Source: an archaeon | Lineage (GTDB): Archaea; Iainarchaeota; Iainarchaeia; Iainarchaeales; DTGL01 | DNA: 64,000 nucleotides | Direction of reading: 5' to 3' | Assembly (NCBI GenBank): GCA_029258755.1 | Contig: JAPDKC010000002.1 | Location: 6,574-70,573, forward strand | Shown: positions 8,266-17,784 of the stretch, one piece after another | Layout: every line of letters begins with the position of its first letter | How positions within the stretch are numbered: the first letter of the stretch is position 1 | Notes under the pieces: generated by a model | What the model was told of the DNA's origin: nothing | Seen by the model: the letters and a program-made list of their open reading frames with translations, nothing else | The model's database searches: none | Position numbers and translations under genes: made by a program

Positions 8266-9291
8266 ATGAGAAAGCTGGCTTTATTATTTTTCGTCTGCTT
8301 TTTCTTAAATGTTTACTCACTAAAGCTCAATGTCCCTGAAAAAGTGCTTGAAGGAAGCAGCTTTACAGCGATTGTTAAAATAGAGGAAAGTAATTTCGAT
8401 GAAATAAGAGTTTCTCTAAACAACTCAGATGTTTTCACGGGTAGCGTTTCTGGCATATCCCTCTCCTACGATTTGGACGCTAGTGTAATTGCCAGCTATT
8501 TTGCAGATACTCAAAAGAACGAATTGATCCTGTTTTTCAATCCTTTGGAAGAAGGTTCTTACACTATTGAAGTGACTATATTGCAGGATGGTTCCGTTCT
8601 TAGCCAGGCGGAAAAACCTTTAGTCGTTTTTTCTCCTTTGGAAAGAAGCGAAGGGAGGCAGTTGGAACAATCCATCGAGAATTTGCAAAAAGAGCTTGAA
8701 AGCGTAAAGGGTTCTACTAGCGGAATATCGGAAAAAATTACGAACTTAGAAGAAAGCATAAACTCGCTCAGAGATACGCTTTCCTCTTTGAGTTCAAGTG
8801 TTGAGGAGATGCAGAATATGATGTCCCAAACAACCTCTGGCTATGAATCTTTGCAGAAATCTTTCAATGAGCTTAATAACCAAGTTTCTGCTTCAGAGGT
8901 CTCTCTTAAAAAATTAAGCTTAACTCTTCAAGATTTGAATTCTTCCTTACAAAGCATTTTTGCCAGAGTAGATAATCTTGAAGAGAGACAAACAAAAGTA
9001 ACTACGGGTTTTGTTACTTTGGGGCAGGGCTTGGCTGTAGCTTCCACTATAATAATCGCTACATTTGCTATACTTCTTTTCTTTAGAAGTAGAAAAGCAG
9101 TCCGTGAATCTCTTTTTGAAGAACAAGGAGATGAGAAAGGCGAAACTGACGAAAGTGAGCAAATAGTTTCCGCATTGCTTGAGGAAGAAAAGCCTGTTCA
9201 TAGAGGCCGATGGGCTTATAAGGGCGAAACCAAAGAAGAAAAAGAAGAAAGACGTTTTAGTTTAGGAGACCTCATAAGAAGAAATCCATAA
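8266..9291 (+). CDS. surface-anchored protein: signal peptide, beta domain, Ser-rich coiled coil, C-terminal TM, charged tail
   Basis: N-terminal MRKLALLFFVCFFLNVYS, heptad-like region ITNLEESINSLRDTLSSLSSSVEEMQ..., TM GLAVASTIIIATFAILLFF. Function unknown. Confidence 0.55.
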   Translation: MRKLALLFFVCFFLNVYSLKLNVPEKVLEGSSFTAIVKIEESNFDEIRVSLNNSDVFTGSVSGISLSYDLDASVIASYFADTQKNELILFFNPLEEGSYTIEVTILQDGSVLSQAEKPLVVFSPLERSEGRQLEQSIENLQKELESVKGSTSGISEKITNLEESINSLRDTLSSLSSSVEEMQNMMSQTTSGYESLQKSFNELNNQVSASEVSLKKLSLTLQDLNSSLQSIFARVDNLEERQTKVTTGFVTLGQGLAVASTIIIATFAILLFFRSRKAVRESLFEEQGDEKGETDESEQIVSALLEEEKPVHRGRWAYKGETKEEKEERRFSLGDLIRRNP

Positions 9292-9371
9292 TTAGCTGCT
9301 TCTGCTTTACCAATCTTTCATAAAATCCCCTGTGCTTTTGCGCGTTTTTCTGCCTCTTTGGGAATAGTTTA

Positions 9372-9455
9372 TGCACGGGGGCGGATTCGAACCGCCGAAG
9401 GCACTAAGCCACAGGGTCCTAAACCCTGCCCCTTTGGCCGCTCGGGCACCCGTGC
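9372..9455 (-). tRNA. tRNA-Leu(TAG)
   Basis: Reverse complement GCACGGGTGCCCGAGCGGCCAAAGGGGCAGGGTTTAGGACCCTGTGGCTTAGTGCCTTCGGCGGTTCGAATCCGCCCCCGTGCA. Long variable arm, anticodon loop TTTAGGA. Confidence 0.9.
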
Positions 9456-9501
9456 TTATAATATTTCCTATATGATGTTTTGTTTAAAAAAATACTCGCT
9501 T

Positions 9502-10017
9502 TTATGCAAGATTTTCAATTTCCTTAGCGAACTTTGCAAAAATAGCTTTGAGCTTTTTCTTCTTTTTTGAAAGGGTTTTTCTATCATTGTTCCTATCAAT
9601 AAATTTAATCAGAGCATTTCTTAGCATGTCAAGCTCTTTTTCTATATCCATTCTTTCCATAAGTTTTAACAGAGGGAATCTCTTTTCTCTCTTTCCCCTT
9701 AAAAGCTTAATTAATAGTCTTTCCTGCTTTTCAAGGTTTTTAAGTTCCTTTTTTCCGGCAGAGGTCAGGCGATAGAGTTTTAGCATCTTTTTCCCCTGTT
9801 TTTTCTTGAAACTTCTTACCAATCCCTTCTTTTCCAGTTCTTTCAGCAAGGGATAAATAGAACCGAACGAAGGCATCCAAAGGTTGTTACTGATGGAGAA
9901 ACATTTTTTTGCTATGGCATAACCATGCAAGGTTTCTTTTTTTAACGCTTTTAAAAGGAAATAGCGAAGATGGCCTCTGAAAATAAAACTTGCAAAGGCG
10001 TCTTTTGTTTTTTCCAT
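9502..10017 (-). CDS. PadR-family transcriptional regulator
   Basis: LRYFLLKALKKETLHGYAIAKK...SFGSIYPLLKELEKKGLVRS...LYRLTSAGKKEL is the PadR winged-helix signature. Divergent from the CARDB/ABC cluster. Confidence 0.85.
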   Translation of the reverse strand: MEKTKDAFASFIFRGHLRYFLLKALKKETLHGYAIAKKCFSISNNLWMPSFGSIYPLLKELEKKGLVRSFKKKQGKKMLKLYRLTSAGKKELKNLEKQERLLIKLLRGKREKRFPLLKLMERMDIEKELDMLRNALIKFIDRNNDRKTLSKKKKKLKAIFAKFAKEIENLA

Positions 10018-10074
10018 TCTAATTATATAGGATTCCGATATAGTTTAAAATGTTTTGTGTGAAAAATAACTAAA

Positions 10075-11298
10075 GTGATTAAAATGTTTAAGAAAGTATT
10101 TTGTTTGTTTCTTTTTTTGCTCATGTCTTCCCTAGCTTACTCTGCCCGTGTAGATGCATACTATTTAGTGGATGTAGAATCAACAAACCAGATACCTGAA
10201 AATGCATACCCCGGTGATCAGATAAGCTTGGCTGTAACAATTATTAATGAAGGCCGATACACAACTGCTTATGACTTAAATTTTGAACTTAATCTTCCAG
10301 AAGGTTTTACTCCTCGAAAAATTGTCAAAACTTTAGATAAATTGGAGCCTTCTGAGAAAGAAACAATTGTTTTTCAATTTGAATCCTCAAAGAATGCATC
10401 ACCAGGCACCTATATACTCTCGCTTAGAATGAGCTATGTGAACAATGACTCGCAAGTTTCTGAAACAAAATATATAAGTGTTAAACTCGCTGACATATAT
10501 AAGCTTTCGCTGACAGATTTAAGTATCTCAAACTACTTTCCTCATCTGGGCGATACTATCATAATAAAGGCGCATGTTAAAAATACTGGCTCTTTAGAGG
10601 CAAGAAACGTATCTGTTGCACTTTCGTTAGTGGGTTCCGAGAATTTTTCGGGATTTATACTTCTTTCCGAAAATGTTAAAGAGCTAGGAAATATGAAGGT
10701 GGGAGATTCCAAGGAGGTAATATTCAAACTTAAAGCTAGTGAAAAACTTGAGCCGGGCGTTTACACATTTATGCTGAATACAAGCTGTCTCGATTGCTCA
10801 GAAAGCAAAAGGCAAAAATTTTCCATACATGTTTATGGCAGGCCAGAACTTATAATTTCTGGAGTTGATTATGCTGTTGAGGGGCGAAAGGACAAAACCG
10901 TTAGGCAGGGGGACAGAGTTACATTTTCGGTTCAGCTCGACAATTTAGGCAAAGAAAGCGCAAAGCAGGTTGTTGTCTCTCTTGATACGGACGAATCTTT
11001 TTTGGGTTCTAAAACTTCTTATGTAGGGGAAATAGAAAGGGAAGATTCGGGTTCGGCAATCTTTGATTTGGCGGTTTCAGAAAAGGCGAAGATAGGTTAT
11101 CACGATATTAAGATAAATATTACTTATTTAGATGAACTGCATAAAAAACGGTTGATATCGCAAGATTATAAAATTTACATATTTAAAGCACCCGAACCAA
11201 ATCCTTACTTAAATTACGTTTTCATTATTGTAATACTGATTCTAATCTATTTAATACTTAAGCTCATAATAAGGCAGCTGGCCATAAGAAAGCTCTAA
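10075..11298 (+). CDS. secreted, C-terminally anchored protein with three CARDB / COG1361-like beta-sandwich repeats
   Basis: Signal peptide. Repeats PGDQISLAVTIINEGRYTTAYDLNFEL, LGDTIIIKAHVKNTGSLEARNVSVAL, QGDRVTFSVQLDNLGKESAKQVVVSL. C-terminal TM YVFIIVILILIYLILKLII. Confidence 0.65.
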   Translation: MIKMFKKVFCLFLFLLMSSLAYSARVDAYYLVDVESTNQIPENAYPGDQISLAVTIINEGRYTTAYDLNFELNLPEGFTPRKIVKTLDKLEPSEKETIVFQFESSKNASPGTYILSLRMSYVNNDSQVSETKYISVKLADIYKLSLTDLSISNYFPHLGDTIIIKAHVKNTGSLEARNVSVALSLVGSENFSGFILLSENVKELGNMKVGDSKEVIFKLKASEKLEPGVYTFMLNTSCLDCSESKRQKFSIHVYGRPELIISGVDYAVEGRKDKTVRQGDRVTFSVQLDNLGKESAKQVVVSLDTDESFLGSKTSYVGEIEREDSGSAIFDLAVSEKAKIGYHDIKINITYLDELHKKRLISQDYKIYIFKAPEPNPYLNYVFIIVILILIYLILKLIIRQLAIRKL

Positions 11299-11302
11299 AA
11301 TC

Positions 11303-12451
11303 GTGAAGCGGATGATAAAGCTTGCATTTTTCAATCTTTTTAGAAGAAAGACAAGGACTGCTTTAGCAATTTTTGGAATTGTGATAAGCATTATTGCGCT
11401 TATAGTATTAAATGCTGTTGCCGACGGTATCTATGGGAAGCTGGATAAGGTAATAGGTGCGTTTCAAGCCGTTGTGGTAATGGAGAAAGGGGCCATAGAT
11501 CAAACGCTTTCGAAGATTGATGTTGATTTAGGAAGTAAGATAGAAAGAATCTCCGGAGTTCGAACTGTTGTTCCAGAGATATGGGGCATTCCCCAAACGG
11601 TAGATAACAAACCATTACAGTTTTCACAAGTTGCGTCTCCAGTAATAATATATGGTGTTGACATCGCAGCTTATCGCAAACTTCGTGGCAGCGGATGGAT
11701 AGGGAAAATAGCAAAGGGAGAGATGTTAAGTTCAAACGACAAGGGCTATGTGATTATCGGAAAGACCTTGGCAGACAATATGCACAAATTTGTCGGTTCT
11801 GTAATAAAAATAAACGGGAAGAAGTTCCGCATTAAAGGAATATTTAAAACAGAGTCAGAGCTTTTGGGAAATATAGTTGTGATGCCTATTGAAGATGCCC
11901 GAAAAATTACGGGCTTTCCTGAAGGAAAGGTAAGCTCCTTTTACGTAGAGCTAATCAATCCAACTGAAGATAGGATTATTGCAAAAAGAATAAACTATAT
12001 AATGGGTTCAGAAGCGGAAGCTAGTACAGCCAGTGATTTTTCCGAGACATTTACTGAAATAATAGGAAAGTTTCGGATGGTTGCGCTTGCTATAGCCGTG
12101 ATGGCAGCATTCGTGGCTGCAATAGGTATCCTAAATACAATGCTCATGAACATAATGGAAAGATATAAAGAAATAGGTACTTTAAAGGCAGCGGGCTGGA
12201 CAAGCTGGAATATAATGTTCATGGTATTGTGCGAATCTTCTTTTATAGGCATACTCGCAGGTTTTTTAGGTATTGTTTCCGGACTCCTAATAGCGATTCT
12301 TATCTCACAATTCGGAATACCTGCTTTGGTAAAACCGGAATCAGTGATACAAGCATTCTTATTTGCGTTCTTGGTAGGGGTTCTTGCAGGCCTTTACCCG
12401 GCATGGAGAGCTTCCAGGTTGAATCCTGTGGAGGCGATACGTGGTGCATAG
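11303..12451 (+). CDS. ABC transporter permease, MacB/FtsX type
   Basis: N-terminal TM, large extracytoplasmic domain, three C-terminal TMs. ERYKEIGTLKAAGWT and YPAWRASRLNPVEAIR are typical FtsX-family motifs. Confidence 0.85.
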   Translation: MKRMIKLAFFNLFRRKTRTALAIFGIVISIIALIVLNAVADGIYGKLDKVIGAFQAVVVMEKGAIDQTLSKIDVDLGSKIERISGVRTVVPEIWGIPQTVDNKPLQFSQVASPVIIYGVDIAAYRKLRGSGWIGKIAKGEMLSSNDKGYVIIGKTLADNMHKFVGSVIKINGKKFRIKGIFKTESELLGNIVVMPIEDARKITGFPEGKVSSFYVELINPTEDRIIAKRINYIMGSEAEASTASDFSETFTEIIGKFRMVALAIAVMAAFVAAIGILNTMLMNIMERYKEIGTLKAAGWTSWNIMFMVLCESSFIGILAGFLGIVSGLLIAILISQFGIPALVKPESVIQAFLFAFLVGVLAGLYPAWRASRLNPVEAIRGA

Positions 12452-13133
12452 CAAAACTGTAATAGAACTTAGGAATGTTGTAAAGGAATACATTCTTGGA
12501 AAAACGATTGTCAAAGCATTACGCGGCGTTTCTTTAGAAATAAAAAAAGGAGAATTCGTGATTATAATGGGGCCTAGCGGTTCTGGAAAAAGCACGCTGC
12601 TCCACATAATGGGCGCTTTAGACAAGCCAACATCTGGAAAGGTATTTATAAATGGCAAGGATATAAGTTTGTTCGATGATTGGAATTTAGCAATGTTGCG
12701 GAGGAAAAATATCGGTTTTGTTTTTCAGACATTTAATCTTGTTCCTACTTTGAATGCATTGGAAAATGTCATGCTTCCGCTCGAACCAATACATATGGAT
12801 GAGATTGAAAAAATAAAAAGGGCAAAGGAACTACTCAAACTTGTTGGCTTGGAGCATAGGATGTTACATAAACCAGCCGAGCTTAGCGGAGGTGAGAGAC
12901 AAAGAGTTGCAATAGCAAGAGCATTGGTGAATGATCCTGAAATTATTCTTGCTGATGAACCCACAGGCAACCTCGATACAAAAACGGGACTTCAAATAAT
13001 AAACGCAATGCGAGAATTGAACAAAAAAGAGAACAAAACAATTGTCATAGTAACTCATGATCCTACGCTGCTCAAATACGCCACTAAAAAGGTGTATATT
13101 AGAGACGGTACTGTCGAAAGAATGGAGGAGTAG
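12441..13133 (+). CDS. ABC transporter ATP-binding protein (MacB/LolD-like)
   Basis: Walker A GPSGSGKST, signature LSGGERQRVAIARAL, Walker B ILADEPTGNLD. Overlaps the upstream permease by 11 nt. Confidence 0.92.
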   Translation: MVHSKTVIELRNVVKEYILGKTIVKALRGVSLEIKKGEFVIIMGPSGSGKSTLLHIMGALDKPTSGKVFINGKDISLFDDWNLAMLRRKNIGFVFQTFNLVPTLNALENVMLPLEPIHMDEIEKIKRAKELLKLVGLEHRMLHKPAELSGGERQRVAIARALVNDPEIILADEPTGNLDTKTGLQIINAMRELNKKENKTIVIVTHDPTLLKYATKKVYIRDGTVERMEE

Positions 13134-13134
13134 T

Positions 13135-14271
13135 ATGTTAAAGCTTGCCTTTTCTAATTTGTTGCGAAGGAAGCTGAGAAGCACCCTTTCTATACTTATG
13201 GTTGCTTTAGGAGTGGCAGCTATAATTTCGCTGACATCTTTGGCAGATGGGCTCTTTTTAGATATAAAAACCGCAGTTTCACAAGTACAAGGAATAATTA
13301 TTTTTCAGAAGAATCCTTATGGCCCGCTTTTTTCCCAAATAGATGTTAAACTAATAGATAAAATAGAAAGTATAGAAGGAGTCAAAAAAGTGTATCCTGT
13401 GATAATTCAGACCGCCAGAAGCATTGAAGGAAAAGAATTTGCTTATAACCCTAAATCTGTGGTGAGGCTTATAGGCTCAGAGTTTGAAGGAGCAGGTAAT
13501 GATTTAGTGGTAATAAAAGGAGAAATTGTCGAAGGCCGTCCGCTGAGGCCCGATGATAGAAAAAAGGCCGTGATTGGAATAGAAATTAAAAATCAATACA
13601 ATAAATTTGTTGGAAACAAGATAAAGATAAATGGGCGCAGCTTTGAAATTGTAGGAGTTTATAGATGTGGCTCCAAATATATGAATAGAGGCATTCTGCT
13701 TCCTCTCGAAGATATGCGTGAACTCACTGGCTTTCCTGAAGAAAAAGTAGCTCAACTAAATGTAGTACTGGAAAATCCAAGCGAGGTAGATAAAATTTCA
13801 AAACTAATAAAATTAAGGGTGGGTGATAAGTACAAGGTAATAAATTCCTCGCAATTTGCAGAATCACTTTCCGAAATATTGAATGATTTGCGCCTTTTTG
13901 TTATCGCAGTCGCTTCTATTGCTGCTGTTGTTGCTGCTGTTGGCATTCTAAACACAATGCTCATGAACGTGTTAGAACGATATAAAGAGATAGGAACCTT
14001 AAAAGCGGTTGGATGGACAAACTCCAATATTGTGAAAATGATACTGTATGAAGCAATGTTGATAGGCATTTTCGGAGGCATGACTGGCATAGCCATGGGC
14101 TTTGTAAGCTCTTCCGTACTTGCAAGAGTTCTTGAAATGCCTACGTATGTTTCCAGTGAGCTTGTAGTAGAATCCTTTTTGTTCGCTCTGTTTATTGGGC
14201 TTTTTGCGGGAATTTATCCAGCATTGAAAGCAGCAAGAGTGAATCCTGTTGAAGTTTTAAGAGAAGAATAG
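13135..14271 (+). CDS. second ABC transporter permease, MacB/FtsX type (paralog of 11303-12451)
   Basis: Start moved from 13057 (ORF track) to ATG 13135, 1 nt after the ATPase stop. MLKLAFSNLLRRKLRST parallels the N-terminus of the first permease. ERYKEIGTLKAVGWT, YPALKAARVNPVEVLR. Confidence 0.85.
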   Translation: MLKLAFSNLLRRKLRSTLSILMVALGVAAIISLTSLADGLFLDIKTAVSQVQGIIIFQKNPYGPLFSQIDVKLIDKIESIEGVKKVYPVIIQTARSIEGKEFAYNPKSVVRLIGSEFEGAGNDLVVIKGEIVEGRPLRPDDRKKAVIGIEIKNQYNKFVGNKIKINGRSFEIVGVYRCGSKYMNRGILLPLEDMRELTGFPEEKVAQLNVVLENPSEVDKISKLIKLRVGDKYKVINSSQFAESLSEILNDLRLFVIAVASIAAVVAAVGILNTMLMNVLERYKEIGTLKAVGWTNSNIVKMILYEAMLIGIFGGMTGIAMGFVSSSVLARVLEMPTYVSSELVVESFLFALFIGLFAGIYPALKAARVNPVEVLREE

Positions 14272-14423
14272 CTCTACAAATAAATGAAAAACTTTTCATA
14301 TGACTATTTTTTCATTTTTAACTGAAGAGAAACGAAATCTATGCAACAGAAAAATATAAATATAAGTTTGTAACTTTGTATATTGTGTTTTTGTTAGAAA
14401 AAATTTAGAGAGGTGAAAAATAG

Positions 14424-14540
14424 ATGGCAAAAAAGAAAAGAAAAGCCGCTAAGAAATGTGCCAAAAAGAGTACTAAAAAGAAAAGCACAAAGAAAAAGAC
14501 TAAAAAGAAGACAAAAAAGAAAAAAAAGAAAAGAAAGTAA
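14424..14540 (+). CDS. 38-aa lysine-rich small basic protein (candidate nucleic-acid-binding peptide)
   Basis: ATG preceded by AGAGGTGA with 7-nt spacing. Translation MAKKKRKAAKKCAKKSTKKKSTKKKTKKKTKKKKKKRK, stop TAA 14538-14540. Below the ORF-track length cutoff. Confidence 0.45.
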   Translation: MAKKKRKAAKKCAKKSTKKKSTKKKTKKKTKKKKKKRK

Positions 14541-14569
14541 ATAGCGCCTCAAACATTTTTTGTTTATTT

Positions 14570-15094
14570 TTACTCTATTATTTTTACTATTTTTTCTATA
14601 TTTTCTTTAGGAGGGCTTAGAGGTTCTTCCGCTCCATACCCTAAAGGAATTATTGCTATGGGTTTTTCTTCTTCCAATCCCAATATTTCCTTAACAGCGT
14701 TTTCATCGAATGCTCCAACCCAGCAGCTTGCCAAACCTAAGGCTGTAGCAGCCAACTGTGCGTAACTTGCAGCAATTGTTGCATCTTGAATAGAATATAG
14801 GTTAGCGCCCCTTGAGCCATATTTTGAAGCAGATTTTCTTGGTAGGCTGCAGAATACAAGCACTATTGGTGCTTCCGAGATAAAATGCTGGCCAAAAGCC
14901 GCTTCGCCAAGAGCATACCTTATCTTCTGATTTCTTATCACATAAATTTTATACGCCTGCAGATTTCCGGCACTGGGTGCTTTAAGGCATGCGCTTAGAA
15001 GCCTTTCTAACTTTTCTTTCTCTACTGGCACATCTTTATAACTTCTTATAGAATGTCTTTTTTCTATCACTTCAAAAAATTCCATTACAGTCAC
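14570..15094 (-). CDS. nitroreductase-family flavoprotein
   Basis: IEKRHSIRSYKD...SAGNLQAY...DATIAASYAQLAATALGLASCWVGAFD is the classic nitroreductase fold signature. The GTG start overlaps the ATPase stop (alternative ATG at 15085). Confidence 0.8.
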   Translation of the reverse strand: MTVMEFFEVIEKRHSIRSYKDVPVEKEKLERLLSACLKAPSAGNLQAYKIYVIRNQKIRYALGEAAFGQHFISEAPIVLVFCSLPRKSASKYGSRGANLYSIQDATIAASYAQLAATALGLASCWVGAFDENAVKEILGLEEEKPIAIIPLGYGAEEPLSPPKENIEKIVKIIE

Positions 15095-17784
15095 CTAAAA
15101 AACTTTTCTTCAAATTTAACTAAAACATAACCAATTCCCAAAAATATTATGAGGCCGAATATAATTAAGCTCCACTCGTAAATTCCTAATGGGGCTACTC
15201 TAAACACAAAAGCAAGCGGCGAGTAAAGTATAAGAAGCTGCATTACTAATGAAGCGGCTATGCTACACCAAAGCCATTTGTTTTTGTACAAGGGAATCTT
15301 ATATCTAGCCCTGACCATATTGGCTCTTACCATCTCAAAGACTACAAAAGATGTAAAAACAATTGTTTGTGCTTTTATAAAGCGTTCCTCGATTCTTCCT
15401 GGAATAGTGAAAAATCCATACAAAAATATCCCTAATATAACCAAAGTAAGTACAATGCCAATGCTTGTTATGGAAAATGCAATTCTTTGATTTATGACTC
15501 CTTCTTCTTTGGGCCTTGGTTTCCTTTTCATAATATCTTCGGCTTTTGGATCTAAACCAAGAGCAACAGCGGGCAAACCATCTGTTAGCAGATTTATCCA
15601 AAGTAGCTGTGTGGCAGTTAGTATTGCCGCCTTTTCTCCGAAATATATGTAAAGCTCAAGCAGGGTAAAAAGAAAAACAACTAAAACTTCGGCAATATTT
15701 GAAGATAGAAGATAATTAACAAACTTCCTTATATTGTCAAATATTGCGCGGCCTTCTTCTATAGCATCTCTTATCGTAATGAAATTGTCATCTAAGAGTA
15801 TTAGGTCACTTGTTTCTTTTGCTACATCGGTTCCTCTTATACCCATTGCAATACCAACATCGGCTTTTTTCAATGCTGGTGCATCATTGACACCATCTCC
15901 AGTCATAGCAACTACTTTTCCTTCTTTTTGAAGTATTTCTAATATTCTGACCTTGTGGGATGGAGAAACACGAGCAAATATTTCAACTTCTCCAAGAGCT
16001 TTTTTCAGCTCTTCATTGCTCATTTGTTCTAACTCTGTGCTGTTTATGGCATTATCTGTTCTGAAGCCAAGCTCTTTGCCAATTGCTTTAGCTGTTTCAA
16101 TATTATCGCCGGTGAGCATAATAACTTTTATTCCTGCTTTTCGACAATCCTCTATGGCTTCTTTCACGCCTGTCCTTGGCGGATCTATCATGCCTTGCAG
16201 GCCTATAAATATCATGTCTTTTTCCAGTCCATTTTTTTCAAGTTTTTCGGTCTCTTTGAAAGCGAATGCAAGTACGCGTAAGGCATTCTTTGCCATAGAT
16301 GAATAAGCTTTTATAACCTCTTGTTTTGTCCTTTCATCAATACGTACAATTTCTCCGCCAATTAGAATTCGATCGCATTTTCCAAGTATTATTTCAGGAG
16401 CTCCTTTAGCGTACACAACCTTCTTTCCATTTTTGAGGCAAACAACGCTCATCATTTTGCGCTCGCTGGAGAAGGGGATTTCATAAACCCTTTTGTATTT
16501 ATCCCTCAAGATATTTGTATCTATTCCTAAATCTTCGGCAATCATTATCAAAGCGATCTCTGTCGGGTCGCCTAAGTATTTTTTCTTCCCCTCTTCAATA
16601 TACATGCTTGCATCGTTACAAAGCACTGCACACTCTAAAAGAGTAGTAAGCGTGTCAGACCTCTTGATGTGCATTTTATAATTCTCTATAAAAGCAGAAT
16701 CTACACGGTAACTTTTAAGATTATAGAAAATCTCCCTTACAGTCATTTTGTTTTCAGTTAGCGTTCCTGTTTTATCTGTGCATATCACATTTACTGACCC
16801 TAAGCTTTCAGCAACAGGCAAGCTTCTGGCAAGGGCGTTTCTTTTAGCCATCTTCTTAATTCCTATAGTAAGCGTTATGGTAACTACCGCGGGCAAACCT
16901 TCAGGCACAGCAGCTACAGCCAGCGAAACTGCTCGCAAGAATATCTCCATAGGGGAATCCTTTATAAGTATGAATTGAGTCATAGCAACTACTATTATCA
17001 CTCCTATTATCACCACGCCTATGTTTTTGCCTAAGCGGTTTAGCTCTACCTGGAAGGGAGTTGGCTTTTCTTCGGTTTCGGCAATTTGTTTTGCTATTGC
17101 CCCTACCTCTGTATTCAATCCTGTCGCTACAACTATTGCCTTTGCTCTACCACGAGTAACAAGTGTGTTCATGTAGACCATATTTTTCCTTTCAGCAAGC
17201 GGTGTGTTTTTCTCAAGAACGCATTCCTTTTTAGAAACAGGAATGCTTTCGCCAGTAAGCATAGATTCATCCACTTGCAGATTTGCTTGCTCGAGTATTC
17301 TTGCATCTGCCGGCACTTTATCTCCTTGTTCCAGAACTATAATATCGCCCGGAACTACATAAGCGGCTTTTATTTTCTTTTCCACGCCGTTGCGTAAAAC
17401 CTTTGCATAAGGAGTCGCTAATTTTTTCAAAGCTTGAATGCTTTTTTCTGCTCTATATTCTTGAAAAAAACCTATAGTTGCATTTGCAACTAAAATGGCG
17501 CTTATCAGAGCGGCATCCAAAAAATGCTCGCTTCCTCCCTGCATAAAGCTCATGGCGAAAGAAATTATGGCAGCGGCAATTAGTATAAGAACCAAAAAAT
17601 CTGTAAACTGTTTTAGGAATATCTTTAGCGGATTGATCTTCTTTTCACTTTCTATAACATTTTTTCCATAACGAGCAAGCCTTCTTTTAGCTTCTTCTTC
17701 GGAAAGCCCTTTGGGGGAGGAATCCAGTTTGGTAAATACCTTTTCAATAGGTAGTGAGTGCCAATACACCCAAAGCACCTTCAA
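15091..17784 (-). CDS. P-type cation-transporting ATPase, type II (Ca2+/SERCA-PMCA-like)
   Basis: 897 aa. TGES, phosphorylation site ICTDKTGTLTEN, MLTGDN, hinge MTGDGVNDAPALKKADVGIAMG, 10 predicted TMs. Confidence 0.9.
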   Translation of the reverse strand: MKVLWVYWHSLPIEKVFTKLDSSPKGLSEEEAKRRLARYGKNVIESEKKINPLKIFLKQFTDFLVLILIAAAIISFAMSFMQGGSEHFLDAALISAILVANATIGFFQEYRAEKSIQALKKLATPYAKVLRNGVEKKIKAAYVVPGDIIVLEQGDKVPADARILEQANLQVDESMLTGESIPVSKKECVLEKNTPLAERKNMVYMNTLVTRGRAKAIVVATGLNTEVGAIAKQIAETEEKPTPFQVELNRLGKNIGVVIIGVIIVVAMTQFILIKDSPMEIFLRAVSLAVAAVPEGLPAVVTITLTIGIKKMAKRNALARSLPVAESLGSVNVICTDKTGTLTENKMTVREIFYNLKSYRVDSAFIENYKMHIKRSDTLTTLLECAVLCNDASMYIEEGKKKYLGDPTEIALIMIAEDLGIDTNILRDKYKRVYEIPFSSERKMMSVVCLKNGKKVVYAKGAPEIILGKCDRILIGGEIVRIDERTKQEVIKAYSSMAKNALRVLAFAFKETEKLEKNGLEKDMIFIGLQGMIDPPRTGVKEAIEDCRKAGIKVIMLTGDNIETAKAIGKELGFRTDNAINSTELEQMSNEELKKALGEVEIFARVSPSHKVRILEILQKEGKVVAMTGDGVNDAPALKKADVGIAMGIRGTDVAKETSDLILLDDNFITIRDAIEEGRAIFDNIRKFVNYLLSSNIAEVLVVFLFTLLELYIYFGEKAAILTATQLLWINLLTDGLPAVALGLDPKAEDIMKRKPRPKEEGVINQRIAFSITSIGIVLTLVILGIFLYGFFTIPGRIEERFIKAQTIVFTSFVVFEMVRANMVRARYKIPLYKNKWLWCSIAASLVMQLLILYSPLAFVFRVAPLGIYEWSLIIFGLIIFLGIGYVLVKFEEKFFR

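Noticed and set aside
9358-9570. 70-aa plus-strand ORF
   Set aside because: Its first third is the reverse complement of tRNA-Leu(TAG) and the rest is antisense to the PadR gene.
11303-14271. Similarity between the two permease genes, considered as a repeat or duplication artefact
   Set aside because: The two are diverged paralogs (different sequences outside the FtsX motifs) flanking the ATPase, consistent with a heterodimeric MacB/LolCE-type transporter.
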